In this document: one piece after another, positions 47,544 to 49,530 of the stretch
How the letters are laid out: each line of letters opens with the position of its first letter
How positions within the stretch are numbered: position 1 is the stretch's first letter
Source of the DNA: Asterionella formosa
Lineage: Eukaryota
Assembly: GCA_002256025.1 (NCBI GenBank)
Contig: NKIB01013956.1
Span: 1 to 49,530 of the forward strand
Direction: 5' to 3'
Length of the DNA stretch: 49,530 nucleotides
Notes under the pieces: generated by a model
Databases searched by the model: none
What the model was told of the DNA's origin: nothing
Seen by the model: only the letters and a program-made list of their open reading frames with translations
Made by a program: the position numbers and the translations under genes

Positions 47544-49530
47544 ATGCTAATACTCAGACTCTTTGGGTGGTCAATAATTCTAACCGGCTTCTTGCGAGCC
47601 AAAGCAATTGTTCCTCCCGCTCCTTTTGCTGATCCAGCAACAAAAGATTTTTACAAAACGTTTGATGAAGACGAGTTTCTATCCGAATCTGACCCAAGAT
47701 TGCAGCAAGGCAGTGAAGTGAGGCATCTCGCGGAGAATCCTCTCGTTGCTCTGTCCACTGACGTCGGCTTCTTTAGAGTCTTGGTGGTTTTAACCCGCTT
47801 CACAGATCATGCCAACAAAAGCTTGCCTGCCGCTGGTGAAATCAGTACTTTGTTTAATTCAAATGGCATTTCTGCTTCAGCAGCACCCACTGGAAGTATC
47901 AGTGATTGGATCAAAGCCAATTCCTATGGGCGGTTGAAGATTGAAGCGGAGGTGATCAATTGGACCCTTACCAACAACACAGAATCGTACTTTGCTAGCG
48001 ATACGAGTGGAACGCCAGCGTATGGAGTCACACACGAAATGCAGTATGCCATGTTTCCTATATTGGATCAGCTTGATGCCAGTGGCTTTAATTTTAGCCG
48101 ATTTGATGGAAACGAAGATGGCAACATAGACGCCATTGTTCTCCTTCATTCTGGATTTGCGGCCGAACTGGGAAATGTGGACTGCTACACGAATGCAACT
48201 TCAGACAGGCGGATATGGTCCCATGCAGTAGCGACACCGCCAAACCCTTGGGTTTCAACGAGAACCGGTATCAGATCCCATGCATACGCTGTCGGTGCAG
48301 GTATAAGGGGGTCCTGCAATTCAAGAATACCACGAATGGGTGTTATCACCCATGAGATTATGCATACATTCAGCCTTCCAGATCTGTATGACATCACTGC
48401 AGGTGGCCTCGGATTTTTCGACATTATGAGTAACCCCTATGGTCGCACAGGAAACCAATTGTATCCAGGATTTCTCTCCCCTTGGTGCAAAATGCAGCTC
48501 AAATGGCTTGATCCCATTCCTATAGTGGACGATGGTCTTTACACTATTGGAGCTTCGCAATTGACCAATCAGACTTATATTATCCAGAAGGGATACCCAG
48601 AAGGCGAGTACCTCCTCATTGAAAATCGCCAGTCATTGTTGTGGGATAACTTCTGGTATGTGAATGGCTCAGGTCTACTTATATGGCACATTGATGATAC
48701 TGGAGATCGTCGTTCAAGATTTCGAGGATATCCAGGCCAAGCTGACTGGCCTGGTAATGGTAATCATTACCAGATTGCTGTCGAACAAGCCGATCGTCAA
48801 TATCATTTGGAACGGGGAAACAACAGTGGAGACGATGAAGACTTCTGGCGAAGTGGCTCAGAATATGCTCCTGGGATTATTGAATCTATTGCAGCAAAAT
48901 ATAGCTTATATCCCAACTCAAACTCATACAAGAATGGAGACATTAAAGGAACTGGTGTTCGTGTTTATGACATAAGTCCCAGCAGCACTACCATGACCTT
49001 TCGCGTTCAATTTCTTACACCCATGACTGCTGCTCCAGTGACCTTGGCACCTACAACTGGTGAACCCTCCTTGGATCCCACTGGTAAACCTAGTAGTATT
49101 CCAACTTCCACGCCTTCTCATTCACCCACTGATATACCGACAACTCAGTTGCCAACTGTCACGCCCACTGGTATACCTACAACCAACACACCAACTCTCA
49201 TTCTCACTGGTATTCCAACAACAAATGCACCAACTCGAATGCCCTCTGGGATGCCTACAACAAATGCACCGACTCAAATGCCCACTGCTGTGCCTACAAC
49301 AAATGTACCAAGCCGAATGCCCACTGGTATGCCTACAACAAATGCACCAACTCTAATGCCCACTGGTATTCCTACAACAAATGCACCAACTCTAATGCCC
49401 ACTGGTATTCCTACAACAAATTCACCAACTCTAATGCCCACTGGTATGCCAACAACAAATGCACCAACTCGAATGCCCACTGGGATGCCCGCAACAAATG
49501 CACCAACTCTCATTCTCACTGGTATGCCCA
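47544..49530 (+). CDS. Secreted M6-family (immune inhibitor A-like) zinc metalloprotease with Pro/Thr-rich stalk; 3'-truncated by the window edge
   Basis: Frame read as open from ATG 47544 to the end. Signal peptide MLILRLFGWSIILTGFLRAKA|IVPP; GSISDWIKANSYG, FDGNEDGNID, HSGFAAE, IWSH, zinc site THEIMHTFSLPDLYD (HExxH 48351-48365), DIMS, SPWCK..LKW, EYLLIENRQ, GLLIWHIDD. Confidence 0.9.
   Translation, partial: MLILRLFGWSIILTGFLRAKAIVPPAPFADPATKDFYKTFDEDEFLSESDPRLQQGSEVRHLAENPLVALSTDVGFFRVLVVLTRFTDHANKSLPAAGEISTLFNSNGISASAAPTGSISDWIKANSYGRLKIEAEVINWTLTNNTESYFASDTSGTPAYGVTHEMQYAMFPILDQLDASGFNFSRFDGNEDGNIDAIVLLHSGFAAELGNVDCYTNATSDRRIWSHAVATPPNPWVSTRTGIRSHAYAVGAGIRGSCNSRIPRMGVITHEIMHTFSLPDLYDITAGGLGFFDIMSNPYGRTGNQLYPGFLSPWCKMQLKWLDPIPIVDDGLYTIGASQLTNQTYIIQKGYPEGEYLLIENRQSLLWDNFWYVNGSGLLIWHIDDTGDRRSRFRGYPGQADWPGNGNHYQIAVEQADRQYHLERGNNSGDDEDFWRSGSEYAPGIIESIAAKYSLYPNSNSYKNGDIKGTGVRVYDISPSSTTMTFRVQFLTPMTAAPVTLAPTTGEPSLDPTGKPSSIPTSTPSHSPTDIPTTQLPTVTPTGIPTTNTPTLILTGIPTTNAPTRMPSGMPTTNAPTQMPTAVPTTNVPSRMPTGMPTTNAPTLMPTGIPTTNAPTLMPTGIPTTNSPTLMPTGMPTTNAPTRMPTGMPATNAPTLILTGMP
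49164..49530 (+). repeat. Coding 39-bp tandem repeat (PTGMPTTNAPTxM), at least 9.4 copies
   Basis: Unit CCCACTGGTATGCCTACAACAAATGCACCAACTCKAATG repeated head-to-tail, in frame with the protease. Confidence 0.95.

Noticed and set aside
1..49530. tRNA or rRNA genes
   Set aside because: No cloverleaf or rRNA signature noticed by eye; tRNAscan-SE and Infernal would be needed to exclude them.

Overview
Eukaryotic nuclear DNA, most likely a diatom (inferred from short GT-AG introns, a bipartite signal/transit presequence with an A|F cleavage site, and the gene and TE families present). Eight host genes sit as islands among AT-rich, decayed transposons: a plastid-type NUMOD3-repeat protein (5508-7070 +), a choline/ethanolamine kinase (7180-8334 -), an ankyrin-like protein (12515-13996 -), a two-exon HSBP1 (15728-16139 -), two head-to-head paralogous kinesin-light-chain-type TPR genes (21089-23179 -, 35344-37467 +), a three-exon ATG1/ULK kinase (38639-41872 +) and a secreted M6 metalloprotease with a Pro/Thr stalk running off the window end (47544->49530 +, absent from the ORF track). 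TE remnants include Ty3/gypsy pol, two related non-LTR fragments with a shared 3' motif, a DD39D mariner, two Harbinger-like fragments and several TIR elements/MITEs. The most notable unexplained pattern is a self-complementary (GGTACCW)n motif found 0.1-0.8 kb upstream of every gene. Other highlights are the TPR pair's conserved non-repeat motifs, a uORF whose stop overlaps the ATG1 start, and asymmetric CpG decay of TE ends. All calls are by eye; no database searches were run.
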